A DNA stretch of 64,000 nt from Escherichia coli (GTDB taxonomy: Bacteria > Pseudomonadota > Gammaproteobacteria > Enterobacterales > Enterobacteriaceae): NCBI RefSeq assembly GCF_030013595.1, contig NZ_CP122768.1, one strand, 5' to 3'. Positions 10,744-21,553 of the stretch are shown here, in pieces. Position numbers and translations under genes: made by a program. The stretch's first letter is position 1, and every line of letters starts with the position of its first letter. Below the pieces are notes generated by a model that saw only the letters and a program-made list of their open reading frames with translations, searched no databases and had not been told where the DNA came from.

Positions 10744-11061
10744 TCAATTTCTCCGCTGCTCTATTGCCGTAATCGCCTCCACGCGTTGTTGATGACGACC
10801 GCCTTCGTACTGCGCGCCCAGCCACGCATCCACAATCATTTTTGCCAGTTCGAGGCCAACCACTCGTGAACCAAAAGCCAGTGCAACTTCACTGGCGTAA
10901 TGCGGATAATCAGTGCGCTCTGACGGCCTGGTTTCTTTATCAATCCCCTCACTCATTGACCATGAATAAAAGGCTGGCACAGCAACGCGGAATCCTGCGG
11001 TGCCAGCGACATGACCGCCCATTGCTCCGGTACGTTTTTTAATAAAAAACACCGGTTGCAT
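10744..11061 (-). pseudogene. rpiB: Ribose-5-phosphate isomerase B remnant: RpiB-like N- and C-terminal segments with the central catalytic region missing
   Basis: 105 aa ORF with SERTDYPHYAS motif and RpiB/LacAB-like C-terminus but about 45 residues shorter than RpiB; residues upstream of the motif are in a foreign frame. Confidence 0.6.
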
Positions 11062-11313
11062 TGATTAATTGTGCTCAGTATTTGCCGAAGTACAATATAT
11101 ATAATAAATATATAAAACACCTCATATTATTTACAGAAATAATGAATTCGCGTAATTTTCCCTCTTCAGCACAAATGCCTAATAAAATGGCGCGTTCAGC
11201 TCACACTTCTACTTATTAAAGTCGCAATTTCCCAATTATGATAACGCCAGCTTCAAATGACGTATTTTGCATGGGTTACATATTTACGACATAAATGATA
11301 AATGGAGATTTAT

Positions 11314-13299
11314 ATGAATAACTCTCGGTTATTCCGTTTGAGCAGGATTGTTATTGCGTTAACTGCCGCCAGCAGCATGATGGTAAATACCGCTAATGCG
11401 AAAGAGGAAGCGAAAGCCGCCACTCAATATACCCAACAGGTTAATCAGAATTACGCCAAATCATTACCGTTTAGCGATCGTCAGGATTTTGACGATGCCC
11501 AGCGTGGATTTATCGCCCCGCTGCTGGATGAAGGTATTCTGCGTGATGCTAACGGCAAAGTTTACTACCGCGCAGACGATTACAAATTTGATATTAATGC
11601 CGCTGCGCCGGAAACCGTAAACCCCAGCCTGTGGCGTCAGTCGCAAATCAACGGTATTTCTGGCCTGTTCAAAGTCACCGATAAAATGTATCAGGTGCGC
11701 GGCCAGGATATCTCTAACATTACGTTCGTTGAGGGCGAGAAAGGCATTATTGTTATCGACCCGCTGGTGACGCCGCCTGCCGCAAAAGCCGCACTTGATC
11801 TTTACTTCCAGCATCGTCCGCAAAAACCGATTGTTGCTGTTATTTACACCCACAGCCACGCCGACCATTATGGCGGTGTGAAAGGCATTATCTCTGAAGC
11901 GGATGTTAAATCCGGCAAAGTGCAGGTGATCGCTCCGGCAGGCTTTATGGACGAAGCCATCAGCGAAAACGTGCTGGCGGGTAACATCATGAGCCGCCGT
12001 GCGCTCTACTCTTACGGTCTGTTACTGCCGCACAACGCGCAAGGCAACGTGGGCAACGGCCTGGGCGTGACGCTGGCAACCGGCGACCCGAGCATTATTG
12101 CACCGACTAAAACTATCGTCAGAACTGGCGAGAAGATGATTATCGACGGCCTGGAATTTGACTTCCTGATGACTCCGGGTAGCGAAGCGCCAGCCGAAAT
12201 GCACTTCTATATTCCGGCCCTGAAAGCCCTGTGTACCGCCGAGAACGCCACGCATACCCTGCACAACTTCTACACTCTGCGCGGCGCGAAAACCCGCGAT
12301 ACCAGCAAGTGGACCGAGTACCTGAACGAAACGCTGGATATGTGGGGTAACGACGCGGAAGTACTGTTTATGCCGCACACCTGGCCGGTCTGGGGCAATA
12401 AGCATATCAATGATTATATTGGTAAATATCGCGATACCATCAAGTACATTCACGACCAGACCCTGCACCTGGCGAACCAGGGCTACACCATGAATGAAAT
12501 CGGCGACATGATTAAGCTGCCGCCTGCGCTTGCCAATAACTGGGCCAGCCGCGGCTATTACGGTTCTGTCAGCCACAACGCCCGCGCGGTGTATAACTTC
12601 TATCTTGGCTATTACGACGGTAACCCGGCTAACCTGCATCCGTATGGTCAGGTGGAGATGGGTAAACGTTACGTGCAGGCGCTGGGCGGTTCTGCCCGTG
12701 TCATCAACCTGGCGCAAGAAGCGAACAAGCAAGGTGATTACCGCTGGTCGGCAGAACTGCTGAAACAGGTGATTGCCGCCAACCCTGGTGACCAGGTCGC
12801 GAAGAATCTGCAAGCGAATAACTTTGAACAGCTGGGCTATCAGGCCGAGTCCGCCACCTGGCGCGGTTTCTACCTGACCGGCGCGAAAGAGCTGCGCGAA
12901 GGGGTACATAAGTTCAGCCACAGCTCCACCGGTTCCCCGGACACCCTTCGCGGGATGTCGGTCGAAATGCTATTCGACTTTATGGCCGTTCGCCTCGATA
13001 GCGCGAAAGCCGCAGGTAAGAATATCAGCCTGAACTTCAATATGAGCAACGGCGATAACCTCAACCTGACGCTGAACGATAGCGTGCTTAACTACCGTAA
13101 AACGCTGCAACCTGAAGCCAACGCCTCTTTCTACATCAGCCGTGAAGATCTTCACGCCGTGCTGACCGGACAAGCCAAAATGGCGGATCTGGTAAAAGCG
13201 AAGAAAGCCAAAATTATTGGCAATGGCGCGAAACTGGAAGAAATTATTGCCTGTCTGGATAATTTCGATTTGTGGGTGAATATCGTAACCCCAAATTAA
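11314..13299 (+). CDS. yjcS: Putative alkyl/aryl-sulfatase (metallo-beta-lactamase fold, SdsA1-like), secreted
   Basis: 661 aa from MNNSRLF; signal peptide; [10 protein letters not shown] metal-binding motif; ORF track alternative start at 11302. Confidence 0.85.
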   Translation: MNNSRLFRLSRIVIALTAASSMMVNTANAKEEAKAATQYTQQVNQNYAKSLPFSDRQDFDDAQRGFIAPLLDEGILRDANGKVYYRADDYKFDINAAAPETVNPSLWRQSQINGISGLFKVTDKMYQVRGQDISNITFVEGEKGIIVIDPLVTPPAAKAALDLYFQHRPQKPIVAVIYTHSHADHYGGVKGIISEADVKSGKVQVIAPAGFMDEAISENVLAGNIMSRRALYSYGLLLPHNAQGNVGNGLGVTLATGDPSIIAPTKTIVRTGEKMIIDGLEFDFLMTPGSEAPAEMHFYIPALKALCTAENATHTLHNFYTLRGAKTRDTSKWTEYLNETLDMWGNDAEVLFMPHTWPVWGNKHINDYIGKYRDTIKYIHDQTLHLANQGYTMNEIGDMIKLPPALANNWASRGYYGSVSHNARAVYNFYLGYYDGNPANLHPYGQVEMGKRYVQALGGSARVINLAQEANKQGDYRWSAELLKQVIAANPGDQVAKNLQANNFEQLGYQAESATWRGFYLTGAKELREGVHKFSHSSTGSPDTLRGMSVEMLFDFMAVRLDSAKAAGKNISLNFNMSNGDNLNLTLNDSVLNYRKTLQPEANASFYISREDLHAVLTGQAKMADLVKAKKAKIIGNGAKLEEIIACLDNFDLWVNIVTPN

Positions 13300-13308
13300 T
13301 GCCACTCA

Positions 13309-13345
13309 CTTTTGGGGGCGCTTAAGCCCCCAAAAGTATTTATTT
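13309..13345 (+). terminator. Rho-independent terminator downstream of yjcS
   Basis: Inverted repeat cttttggggg / cccccaaaag with 8-nt loop, followed by tatttatttt. Confidence 0.7.
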
Positions 13346-13507
13346 TAAAAATACATACAACAAATTAATACATAAAATATATAAGTTATGAATGCGGTGG
13401 CTGAATAAAGCTATTTTTATTCATCGAGAAAATAGCCATACTGACGCCTTCAATGGATATTGATATTCACTACAGATATTGTTCGCAGCAGACAGGATGT
13501 ATTTAAT

Positions 13508-13783
13508 ATGCCAACAGTTCTCTCTCGCATGGCGATGCAACTCAAAAAAACAGCCTGGATAATTCCCGTCTTCATGGTTTCGGGATGCTCATTATCTCCG
13601 GCAATCCCGGTGATCGGCGCTTATTATCCCAGCTGGTTTTTCTGCGCCATTGCCAGCCTTATTTTGACGCTCATCACGAGGCGAATTATTCAGCGGGCAC
13701 ATATCAATCTGGCATTTGTCGGAATTATTTATACCGCCCTTTTTGCTCTCTACGCCATGCTGTTCTGGCTGGCATTTTTCTAA
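13508..13783 (+). CDS. ytcA: Small lipoprotein YtcA, first gene of the mdtNOP operon
   Basis: 91 aa from MPTVLSRMA; lipobox-like MVSGCS; track ORF begins earlier at 13460. Confidence 0.75.
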   Translation: MPTVLSRMAMQLKKTAWIIPVFMVSGCSLSPAIPVIGAYYPSWFFCAIASLILTLITRRIIQRAHINLAFVGIIYTALFALYAMLFWLAFF

Positions 13784-13801
13784 TCTATTTGAGACGCGCT
13801 C

Positions 13802-14833
13802 ATGGAAAGTACGCCGAAAAAAGCTCCTCGCAGTAAATTCCCTGCTCTGTTAGTGGTTGCGTTGGCGCTGGTTGCCCTTGTTTTCGTTATCTGGCGCGTA
13901 GACAGTGCGCCATCAACTAATGACGCTTACGCGTCAGCAGATACCATTGATGTGGTGCCGGAAGTCAGCGGTCGCATTGTAGAACTGGCGGTCACCGACA
14001 ACCAGGCGGTGAAACAGGGCGATTTGCTGTTCCGCATCGACCCGCGCCCGTACGAAGCCAATCTGGCGAAAGCCGAAGCCTCCCTCGCGGCGCTGGATAA
14101 GCAAATTATGCTCACCCAGCGTAGCGTTGACGCACAACAGTTTGGTGCCGACTCGGTTAATGCCACGGTAGAAAAAGCCCGTGCCGCTGCAAAACAGGCC
14201 AGCGATACATTACGCCGCACCGAGCCATTACTGAAAGAAGGTTTTGTCTCAGCGGAAGACGTTGACCGTGCAAGAACGGCGCAGCGCGCCGCAGAAGCCG
14301 ATCTTAACGCCGTTTTATTACAGGCGCAGTCAGCCGCCAGCGCCGTCAGCGGCGTGGATGCATTAGTTGCCCAGCGTGCGGCAGTGGAAGCGGATATTGC
14401 GTTGACCAAACTGCATCTGGAAATGGCGACCGTTCGCGCGCCGTTTGATGGCCGGGTCATTTCCCTCAAAACCTCCGTCGGGCAATTTGCTTCTGCCATG
14501 CGCCCTATTTTTACCCTAATCGACACTCGTCACTGGTACGTGATCGCCAACTTCCGCGAAACCGATCTGAAAAATATTCGCTCAGGTACACCCGCAACGA
14601 TTCGCCTGATGAGCGACAGCGGCAAAACCTTCGAGGGTAAAGTGGATTCGATTGGCTACGGCGTGCTACCGGATGACGGCGGCCTGGTGCTGGGCGGCCT
14701 GCCGAAAGTGTCTCGTTCTATTAACTGGGTCCGCGTTGCCCAGCGTTTTCCGGTCAAAATCATGGTCGATAAACCTGACCCGGAAATGTTCCGCATCGGC
14801 GCTTCGGCAGTCGCTAATCTTGAGCCGCAATAA
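13802..14833 (+). CDS. mdtN: HlyD-family membrane fusion (periplasmic adaptor) protein MdtN
   Basis: 343 aa ORF; N-terminal membrane anchor and coiled-coil region; synteny. Confidence 0.88.
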   Translation: MESTPKKAPRSKFPALLVVALALVALVFVIWRVDSAPSTNDAYASADTIDVVPEVSGRIVELAVTDNQAVKQGDLLFRIDPRPYEANLAKAEASLAALDKQIMLTQRSVDAQQFGADSVNATVEKARAAAKQASDTLRRTEPLLKEGFVSAEDVDRARTAQRAAEADLNAVLLQAQSAASAVSGVDALVAQRAAVEADIALTKLHLEMATVRAPFDGRVISLKTSVGQFASAMRPIFTLIDTRHWYVIANFRETDLKNIRSGTPATIRLMSDSGKTFEGKVDSIGYGVLPDDGGLVLGGLPKVSRSINWVRVAQRFPVKIMVDKPDPEMFRIGASAVANLEPQ

Positions 14834-16884
14834 TGAGCGCGCTCAACTCCCTGCCATTACCGGTGGTCAGGCTGCTGGCGTTCTTTCATGAAGAGTTAAG
14901 CGAGCGGCGACCAGGCCGCGTGCCGCAGACCGTGCAACTCTGGGTAGGCTGCCTGCTGGTGATTCTGATCTCGATGACTTTTGAGATCCCTTTTGTGGCG
15001 TTATCACTGGCAGTGCTGTTTTACGGTATTCAGTCGAACGCGTTTTACACCAAATTTGTCGCGATCTTGTTTGTGGTCGCCACGATGCTGGAGATCGGCA
15101 GCCTGTTTTTGATCTACAAATGGTCATACGGCGAACCGTTGATCCGATTGATCATCGCCGGGCCGATCCTGATGGGCTGCATGTTTTTGATGCGCACCCA
15201 TCGGCTGGGACTGGTCTTTTTCGCTGTCGCCATTGTCGCCATTTACGGGCAAACCTTCCCCGCCATGCTCGACTATCCGGAAGTGGTCGTGCGCTTAACC
15301 CTGTGGTGTATCGTTGTCGGCCTCTACCCGACGTTATTGATGACGTTAATCGGCGTGCTGTGGTTTCCCAGCCGCGCTATCACGCAGATGCATCAGGCGC
15401 TTAATGATCGGCTTGATGATGCCATTAGCCACCTGACGAACAGCCTCACACCGCTACCCGAAACGTGGATTGAAAGAGAGGCGCTGGCGCTGCAAAAACT
15501 CAATGTCTTTTGCCTCGCGGACGATGCCAACTGGCGAACTCAGAGCGCATGGTGGCAAAGCTGCGTGGCAACGGTAACCTACATTTACTCGACGCTGAAT
15601 CGCTACGCTCCCACCTCTTTTGCTGATTCTCAGGCAATTATTGAATTTCGGCAAAAATTAGCCTCAGAAATCAACAAACTGCAGCATGCCATTGCCGAAG
15701 GTCAGTGCTGGCAAAGCGACTGGCGGATCAGTGAAAGTGAAGCGATGGCGGCACGGGAATGTAACCTGGAGAATATCTGCCAGACGTTATTGCAACTGGG
15801 TCAGATGGACCCGAATACGCCGCCAACGCCCGCCACCAAACCGCCATCAATGGTCGCCGACGCTTTTACCAATCCAGACTATATGCGCTACGCGGTAAAA
15901 ACGCTGCTCGCCTGTTTGATCTGTTACACCTTCTACAGCGGCGTGGACTGGGAAGGCATTCACACCTGTATGCTGACCTGCGTGATCGTCGCTAACCCAA
16001 ATGTTGGTTCGTCGTATCAGAAAATGGCGCTGCGTTTTGGCGGTGCCTTCTGCGGTGCAATTCTGGCGCTGTTATTCACGTTACTGGTCATGCCCTGGCT
16101 GGACAATATTGTCGAATTGCTATTTGTGCTGGCACCGATTTTCCTGTTGGGCGCATGGATTGCCACCAGCTCTGAACGCTCTTCTTATATCGGCACACAG
16201 ATGGTGGTCACCTTCGCGCTCGCCACGCTCGAAAACGTTTTTGGCCCGGTGTACGACCTGGTGGAAATTCGCGATCGCGCCCTGGGTATCATCATTGGTA
16301 CCGTGGTGTCCGCGGTGATTTACACCTTTGTCTGGCCTGAAAGTGAAGCGCGCACACTGCCCCAAAAACTGGCTGGCGCGCTGGGTATGTTGAGTAAAGT
16401 AATGCGGATCCCACGCCAGCAGGAAGTCACAGCTCTGCGCACTTATTTGCAAATTCGTATAGGTCTGCATGCGGCGTTTAATGCCTGTGAAGAGATGTGC
16501 CAACGCGTGGCGTTGGAGCGTCAACTGGACAGCGAAGAACGCGCTTTACTGATTGAACGTTCGCAAACGGTTATTCGTCAGGGCCGCGATATTCTTCACG
16601 CCTGGGATGCAACCTGGAACTCGGCGCAGGCGCTGGATAACGCACTACAGCCGGACAGAGCAGGTCAGTTTGCCGACGCACTGGAGAAATACGCCGCCGG
16701 TCTGGCAACCGCACTCAGCCGTTCTCCTCAAATAACGCTTGAAGAAACACCCGCCTCGCAGGCCATCCTGCCCACCTTATTAAAACAGGAGCAACACGTC
16801 TGCCAGCTTTTCGCCCGCTTGCCAGACTGGACAGCCCCGGCATTAACGCCCGCCACGGAACAGGTACAAGGAGCCACGCAATGA
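14833..16884 (+). CDS. mdtO: FUSC-family inner-membrane efflux protein MdtO
   Basis: 683 aa ORF; TAATG overlap with mdtN; multiple transmembrane segments. Confidence 0.88.
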   Translation: MSALNSLPLPVVRLLAFFHEELSERRPGRVPQTVQLWVGCLLVILISMTFEIPFVALSLAVLFYGIQSNAFYTKFVAILFVVATMLEIGSLFLIYKWSYGEPLIRLIIAGPILMGCMFLMRTHRLGLVFFAVAIVAIYGQTFPAMLDYPEVVVRLTLWCIVVGLYPTLLMTLIGVLWFPSRAITQMHQALNDRLDDAISHLTNSLTPLPETWIEREALALQKLNVFCLADDANWRTQSAWWQSCVATVTYIYSTLNRYAPTSFADSQAIIEFRQKLASEINKLQHAIAEGQCWQSDWRISESEAMAARECNLENICQTLLQLGQMDPNTPPTPATKPPSMVADAFTNPDYMRYAVKTLLACLICYTFYSGVDWEGIHTCMLTCVIVANPNVGSSYQKMALRFGGAFCGAILALLFTLLVMPWLDNIVELLFVLAPIFLLGAWIATSSERSSYIGTQMVVTFALATLENVFGPVYDLVEIRDRALGIIIGTVVSAVIYTFVWPESEARTLPQKLAGALGMLSKVMRIPRQQEVTALRTYLQIRIGLHAAFNACEEMCQRVALERQLDSEERALLIERSQTVIRQGRDILHAWDATWNSAQALDNALQPDRAGQFADALEKYAAGLATALSRSPQITLEETPASQAILPTLLKQEQHVCQLFARLPDWTAPALTPATEQVQGATQ

Positions 16885-18347
16885 TCAATCGTCAACTTTC
16901 ACGCCTGCTGTTGTGCAGCATTCTCGGCAGCACGACGCTGATTTCCGGCTGTGCCCTGGTACGTAAGGATTCTGCGCCTCATCAACAGCTCAAACCGGAA
17001 CAAATCAAACTGGCCGATGATATTCATCTTGCCAGCTCCGGTTGGCCGCAGGCGCAGTGGTGGAAACAACTCAATGACCCGCAGTTGGATGCACTGGTCC
17101 AACAGACGCTAAGTGGTTCACACACCCTCGCCGAAGCGAAACTGCGGGAAGAAAAAGCGCAGTCGCAGGCCGATTTGTTAGATACCGGTTCACAGTTGCA
17201 GGTGGCAGCGTTAGGGATGCTTAACCGCCAACGCGTCTCGGCGAACGGCTTTTTAAGCCCTTATGCGATGGATGCGCCCGCACTGGGGATGGACGGGCCG
17301 TACTATACGGAAGCCACAGTCGGTTTGTTTGCCGGACTGGATCTTGATTTGTGGGGTGTGCATCGCTCAGCGGTTGCCGCCGCCATTGGCGCGCATAATG
17401 CCGCGCTGGCAGAAACCGCAGCAGTAGAGCTATCGCTGACCACGGGCGTAGCGCAGCTTTATTACAGTATGCAGGCCAGCTATCAGATGCTCGATCTGTT
17501 AGAACAAACTCGCGATGTGATTGATTACGCGGTAAAAGCGCACCAGAGTAAAGTGGCGCACGGTCTGGAAGCGCAAGTGCCTTTCCACGGCGCGCGGGCA
17601 CAGATTCTGGCGGTCGATAAACAAATTGCTGCCGTTAAAGGGCAAATCACCGAAACGCGAGAATCTCTGCGCGCATTGATTGGCGCGGGAGCCAGCGATA
17701 TGCCGGAGATCAAACCGGTGGCATTACCGCAAGTCCAGACCGGTATTCCGGCGACACTCTCTTATGAGTTGCTCGCCAGACGCCCGGATCTGCAAGCGAT
17801 GCGCTGGTATGTTCAGGCGTCATTAGATCAGGTGGATTCCGCGCGGGCGCTGTTCTATCCGAGCTTTGATATCAAAGCGTTTTTCGGCCTGGATTCTATC
17901 CACCTGGATACCTTATTCAAAAAAACCAGTCGCCAGTTTAACTTTATCCCGGGTCTGAAATTGCCGCTGTTTGACGGTGGACGGTTGAATGCCAATCTCG
18001 AAGGCACTCGCGCCGCCAGCAACATGATGATTGAACGTTACAACCAGTCAGTGCTGAATGCGGTGCGCGACGTTGCCGTCAACGGCACGCGTCTGCAAAC
18101 GCTCAACGACGAGCGAGAGATGCAGGCTGAACGCGTGGAAGCAACGCGCTTCACCCAGCGCGCTGCCGAGGCCGCCTATCAACGCGGCTTAACCAGCCGC
18201 TTACAGGCCACTGAAGCCCGGTTGCCAGTACTTGCCGAAGAGATGTCATTACTGATGCTGGACAGCCGCCGGGTGATCCAAAGCATTCAGTTGATGAAAT
18301 CGCTGGGCGGCGGGTATCAGGCGGCTCCCGTCGTCGAGAAAAAATAA
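16881..18347 (+). CDS. mdtP: Outer-membrane efflux lipoprotein (NodT/OMF family) MdtP
   Basis: 488 aa ORF; lipoprotein signal LISGCA; ATGA overlap with mdtO. Confidence 0.88.
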   Translation: MINRQLSRLLLCSILGSTTLISGCALVRKDSAPHQQLKPEQIKLADDIHLASSGWPQAQWWKQLNDPQLDALVQQTLSGSHTLAEAKLREEKAQSQADLLDTGSQLQVAALGMLNRQRVSANGFLSPYAMDAPALGMDGPYYTEATVGLFAGLDLDLWGVHRSAVAAAIGAHNAALAETAAVELSLTTGVAQLYYSMQASYQMLDLLEQTRDVIDYAVKAHQSKVAHGLEAQVPFHGARAQILAVDKQIAAVKGQITETRESLRALIGAGASDMPEIKPVALPQVQTGIPATLSYELLARRPDLQAMRWYVQASLDQVDSARALFYPSFDIKAFFGLDSIHLDTLFKKTSRQFNFIPGLKLPLFDGGRLNANLEGTRAASNMMIERYNQSVLNAVRDVAVNGTRLQTLNDEREMQAERVEATRFTQRAAEAAYQRGLTSRLQATEARLPVLAEEMSLLMLDSRRVIQSIQLMKSLGGGYQAAPVVEKK

Positions 18348-18477
18348 AATGTCTGCCGCGTGATGGCTGTCACGCGGTATTTCGTTTCGTCACGTCAAAA
18401 CTGACGACAGCCTGTTTTTCGTCAGAGTTTTGAATAAATAGTGCCCGTAATATCAGGGAATGACCCCAAATAAAATG

Positions 18478-18494
18478 TGGCATAAAAGATGCAT
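18478..18494 (+). promoter_or_regulatory. Sigma-54 (-24/-12) promoter of fdhF
   Basis: TGGCATaaaagaTGCAT matches the TGGCAC-N5-TTGCA class; inverted repeats of TGTCACG/CGTCA type lie 60-120 bp upstream (candidate FhlA activator site). Confidence 0.6.
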
Positions 18495-18544
18495 ACTGTA
18501 GTCGAGAGCGCGTATGCGTGATTTGATTAACTGGAGCGAGACCG

Positions 18545-20692
18545 ATGAAAAAAGTCGTCACGGTTTGCCCCTATTGCGCATCAGGTTGCAAAATCAACCT
18601 GGTCGTCGATAACGGCAAAATCGTCCGGGCGGAGGCAGCGCAGGGGAAAACCAACCAGGGTACCCTGTGTCTGAAGGGTTATTATGGCTGGGACTTCATT
18701 AACGATACCCAGATCCTGACCCCGCGCCTGAAAACCCCCATGATCCGTCGCCAGCGTGGCGGCAAACTCGAACCTGTTTCCTGGGATGAGGCACTGAATT
18801 ACGTTGCCGAGCGCCTGAGCGCCATCAAAGAGAAGTACGGTCCGGATGCCATCCAGACGACCGGCTCCTCGCGTGGTACGGGTAACGAAACCAACTATGT
18901 AATGCAAAAATTTGCGCGCGCCGTTATTGGTACCAATAACGTTGACTGCTGCGCTCGTGTCTGACACGGCCCATCGGTTGCAGGTCTGCACCAATCGGTC
19001 GGTAATGGCGCAATGAGCAATGCTATTAACGAAATTGATAATACCGATTTAGTGTTCGTTTTCGGGTACAACCCGGCGGATTCCCACCCAATCGTGGCGA
19101 ATCACGTAATTAACGCTAAACGTAACGGGGCGAAAATTATCGTCTGCGATCCGCGCAAAATTGAAACCGCGCGCATTGCGGACATGCACATTGCACTGAA
19201 AAACGGCTCAAACATCGCGCTGTTGAATGCGATGGGTCATGTCATTATTGAAGAAAACCTGTACGACAAAGCGTTCGTCGCTTCCCGTACAGAAGGCTTT
19301 GAAGAGTATCGTAAAATCGTTGAAGGCTACACGCCGGAGTCGGTTGAAGATATCACCGGCGTCAGCGCCAGTGAGATTCGTCAGGCGGCACGGATGTATG
19401 CCCAGGCGAAAAGCGCCGCCATCCTGTGGGGCATGGGTGTAACCCAGTTCTACCAGGGTGTGGAAACCGTGCGTTCTCTGACCAGCCTCGCGATGCTGAC
19501 TGGTAACCTCGGTAAGCCGCATGCGGGTGTAAACCCGGTTCGTGGTCAGAACAACGTGCAGGGTGCCTGCGATATGGGCGCGCTGCCGGATACGTATCCG
19601 GGCTATCAGTACGTGAAAGATCCGGCTAACCGCGAGAAATTCGCCAAAGCCTGGGGCGTGGAAAGCCTGCCAGCGCATACCGGCTATCGCATCAGCGAGC
19701 TGCCGCACCGCGCAGCGCATGGCGAAGTGCGTGCCGCGTACATTATGGGCGAAGATCCGCTGCAAACTGACGCGGAGCTGTCGGCAGTACGTAAAGCCTT
19801 CGAAGATCTGGAACTGGTCATCGTTCAGGACATCTTTATGACCAAAACCGCGTCGGCGGCGGATGTTATTTTACCGTCAACGTCGTGGGGCGAGCATGAA
19901 GGCGTGTTTACTGCGGCTGACCGTGGCTTCCAGCGTTTCTTCAAAGCGGTTGAACCGAAGTGGGATCTGAAAACGGACTGGCAAATCATCAGTGAAATCG
20001 CCACCCGTATGGGTTATCCGATGCACTACAACAACACCCAGGAGATCTGGGATGAGTTGCGTCATCTGTGCCCGGATTTCTACGGTGCGACTTACGAGAA
20101 AATGGGCGAACTGGGCTTCATTCAGTGGCCTTGCCGCGATACTTCAGATGCCGATCAGGGGACTTCTTATCTGTTTAAAGAGAAGTTTGATACCCCGAAC
20201 GGTCTGGCGCAGTTCTTCACCTGCGACTGGGTAGCGCCAATCGACAAACTCACCGACGAGTATCCGATGGTACTGTCAACGGTGCGTGAAGTTGGTCACT
20301 ACTCTTGCCGTTCGATGACCGGTAACTGTGCGGCACTGGCAGCGCTGGCTGATGAACCTGGCTACGCACAAATCAATACCGAAGACGCCAAACGTCTGGG
20401 TATTGAAGATGAGGCATTGGTTTGGGTGCACTCGCGTAAAGGCAAAATTATCACCCGTGCGCAGGTCAGCGATCGTCCGAACAAAGGGGCGATTTATATG
20501 ACCTACCAGTGGTGGATTGGTGCCTGTAACGAGCTGGTTACCGAAAACTTAAGCCCGATTACGAAAACGCCGGAATACAAATACTGCGCCGTGCGCGTCG
20601 AGCCGATCGCCGATCAGCGCGCCGCCGAGCAGTACGTGATTGACGAGTACAACAAGTTGAAAACTCGCCTGCGCGAAGCGGCACTGGCGTAA
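18545..20692 (+). CDS. fdhF: Formate dehydrogenase H, selenocysteine-containing molybdoenzyme; in-frame TGA at 18962-18964 read as Sec
   Basis: Track ORFs 18545..18964 and 19013..20692 are in the same frame, separated only by TGA after VDCCARV; 715 aa total; N-terminal Fe-S cysteine motif CPYCASGC. Confidence 0.93.
18962..19008 (+). promoter_or_regulatory. SECIS selenocysteine-insertion stem-loop immediately 3' of the fdhF UGA
   Basis: Position directly after the in-frame UGA; exact structure boundaries not folded here. Confidence 0.7.
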
Positions 20693-20705
20693 TACAGTCC
20701 TTTCT

Positions 20706-20734
20706 ACAGCCTCCTTCCGGAGGCTGTTTTTTTA
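20706..20734 (+). terminator. Rho-independent terminator downstream of fdhF
   Basis: Hairpin acagcctcc ttcc ggaggctgt followed by a run of seven T. Confidence 0.8.
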
Positions 20735-20785
20735 TCCATTCGAACTCTTTATACTGGTTACTCCCTACCCAATCGTATTATCAAA

Positions 20786-21475
20786 ATGAAAAAAATTATC
20801 GCATTGATGTTGTTTTTGACATTCTTTGCCCACGCGAACGACTCCGAGCCTGGCAGCCAGTATTTAAAGGCAGCAGAAGCCGGGGACCGACGCGCACAAT
20901 ATTTTCTTGCCGACAGCTGGTTTAGCTCCGGCGATTTGAGCAAAGCCGAATATTGGGCACAGAAAGCCGCCGACAGCGGTGATGCTGATGCCTGCGCGCT
21001 GTTGGCGCAGATCAAAATCACCAATCCGGTCAGTCTGGACTATCCACAAGCAAAAGTTCTTGCAGAGAAAGCGGCGCAAGCGGGCAGTAAAGAAGGTGAA
21101 GTAACGCTGGCGCATATTCTGGTAAATACTCAAGCGGGTAAACCGGATTATCCAAAGGCAATTTCGCTGTTAGAAAACGCCTCGGAAGATCTGGAGAACG
21201 ACTCTGCCGTCGATGCCCAAATGCTGCTTGGTTTGATTTACGCCAACGGCGTGGGCATTAAGGCCGACGATGACAAGGCAACCTGGTATTTCAAACGCAG
21301 CTCTGCGATTTCACGAACCGGTTATTCCGAGTACTGGGCGGGAATGATGTTCTTAAACGGTGAAGAAGGTTTTATCGAGAAGAACAAACAAAAGGCGCTG
21401 CACTGGCTGAACCTGAGCTGTATGGAAGGGTTTGATACCGGGTGTGAAGAGTTTGAAAAATTAACTAACGGTTAA
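20786..21475 (+). CDS. yjcO: Sel1-repeat (TPR-like) secreted protein YjcO
   Basis: 229 aa ORF; signal peptide; repeated A-x-YW/YF-x-KAA Sel1-like units. Confidence 0.85.
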   Translation: MKKIIALMLFLTFFAHANDSEPGSQYLKAAEAGDRRAQYFLADSWFSSGDLSKAEYWAQKAADSGDADACALLAQIKITNPVSLDYPQAKVLAEKAAQAGSKEGEVTLAHILVNTQAGKPDYPKAISLLENASEDLENDSAVDAQMLLGLIYANGVGIKADDDKATWYFKRSSAISRTGYSEYWAGMMFLNGEEGFIEKNKQKALHWLNLSCMEGFDTGCEEFEKLTNG

Positions 21476-21480
21476 GGTAG

Positions 21481-21547
21481 GCCTGATAAGACGCGTTAAG
21501 CGTCGCATCAGGCATCCACACATTGCCGGGTGGATATCCCCGGCAAT
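21481..21547. repeat. REP palindromic units between convergent yjcO and gltP
   Basis: gcctgataagacgcgttaagcgtcgcatcaggc plus attgccggg...cccggcaat inverted repeat. Confidence 0.7.
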
Positions 21548-21553
21548 CTTCAA

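Noticed and set aside
12022-12921. 299 aa minus-strand ORF inside yjcS
   Set aside because: Antisense to a well-supported sulfatase gene; Arg/Val/Gly-rich composition with no motifs; typical shadow ORF.
18545-18964. Treating 18545..18964 and 19013..20692 as two separate genes
   Set aside because: Same frame, separated only by TGA at a conserved Cys/Sec position of formate dehydrogenase; merged as a single selenoprotein gene fdhF.
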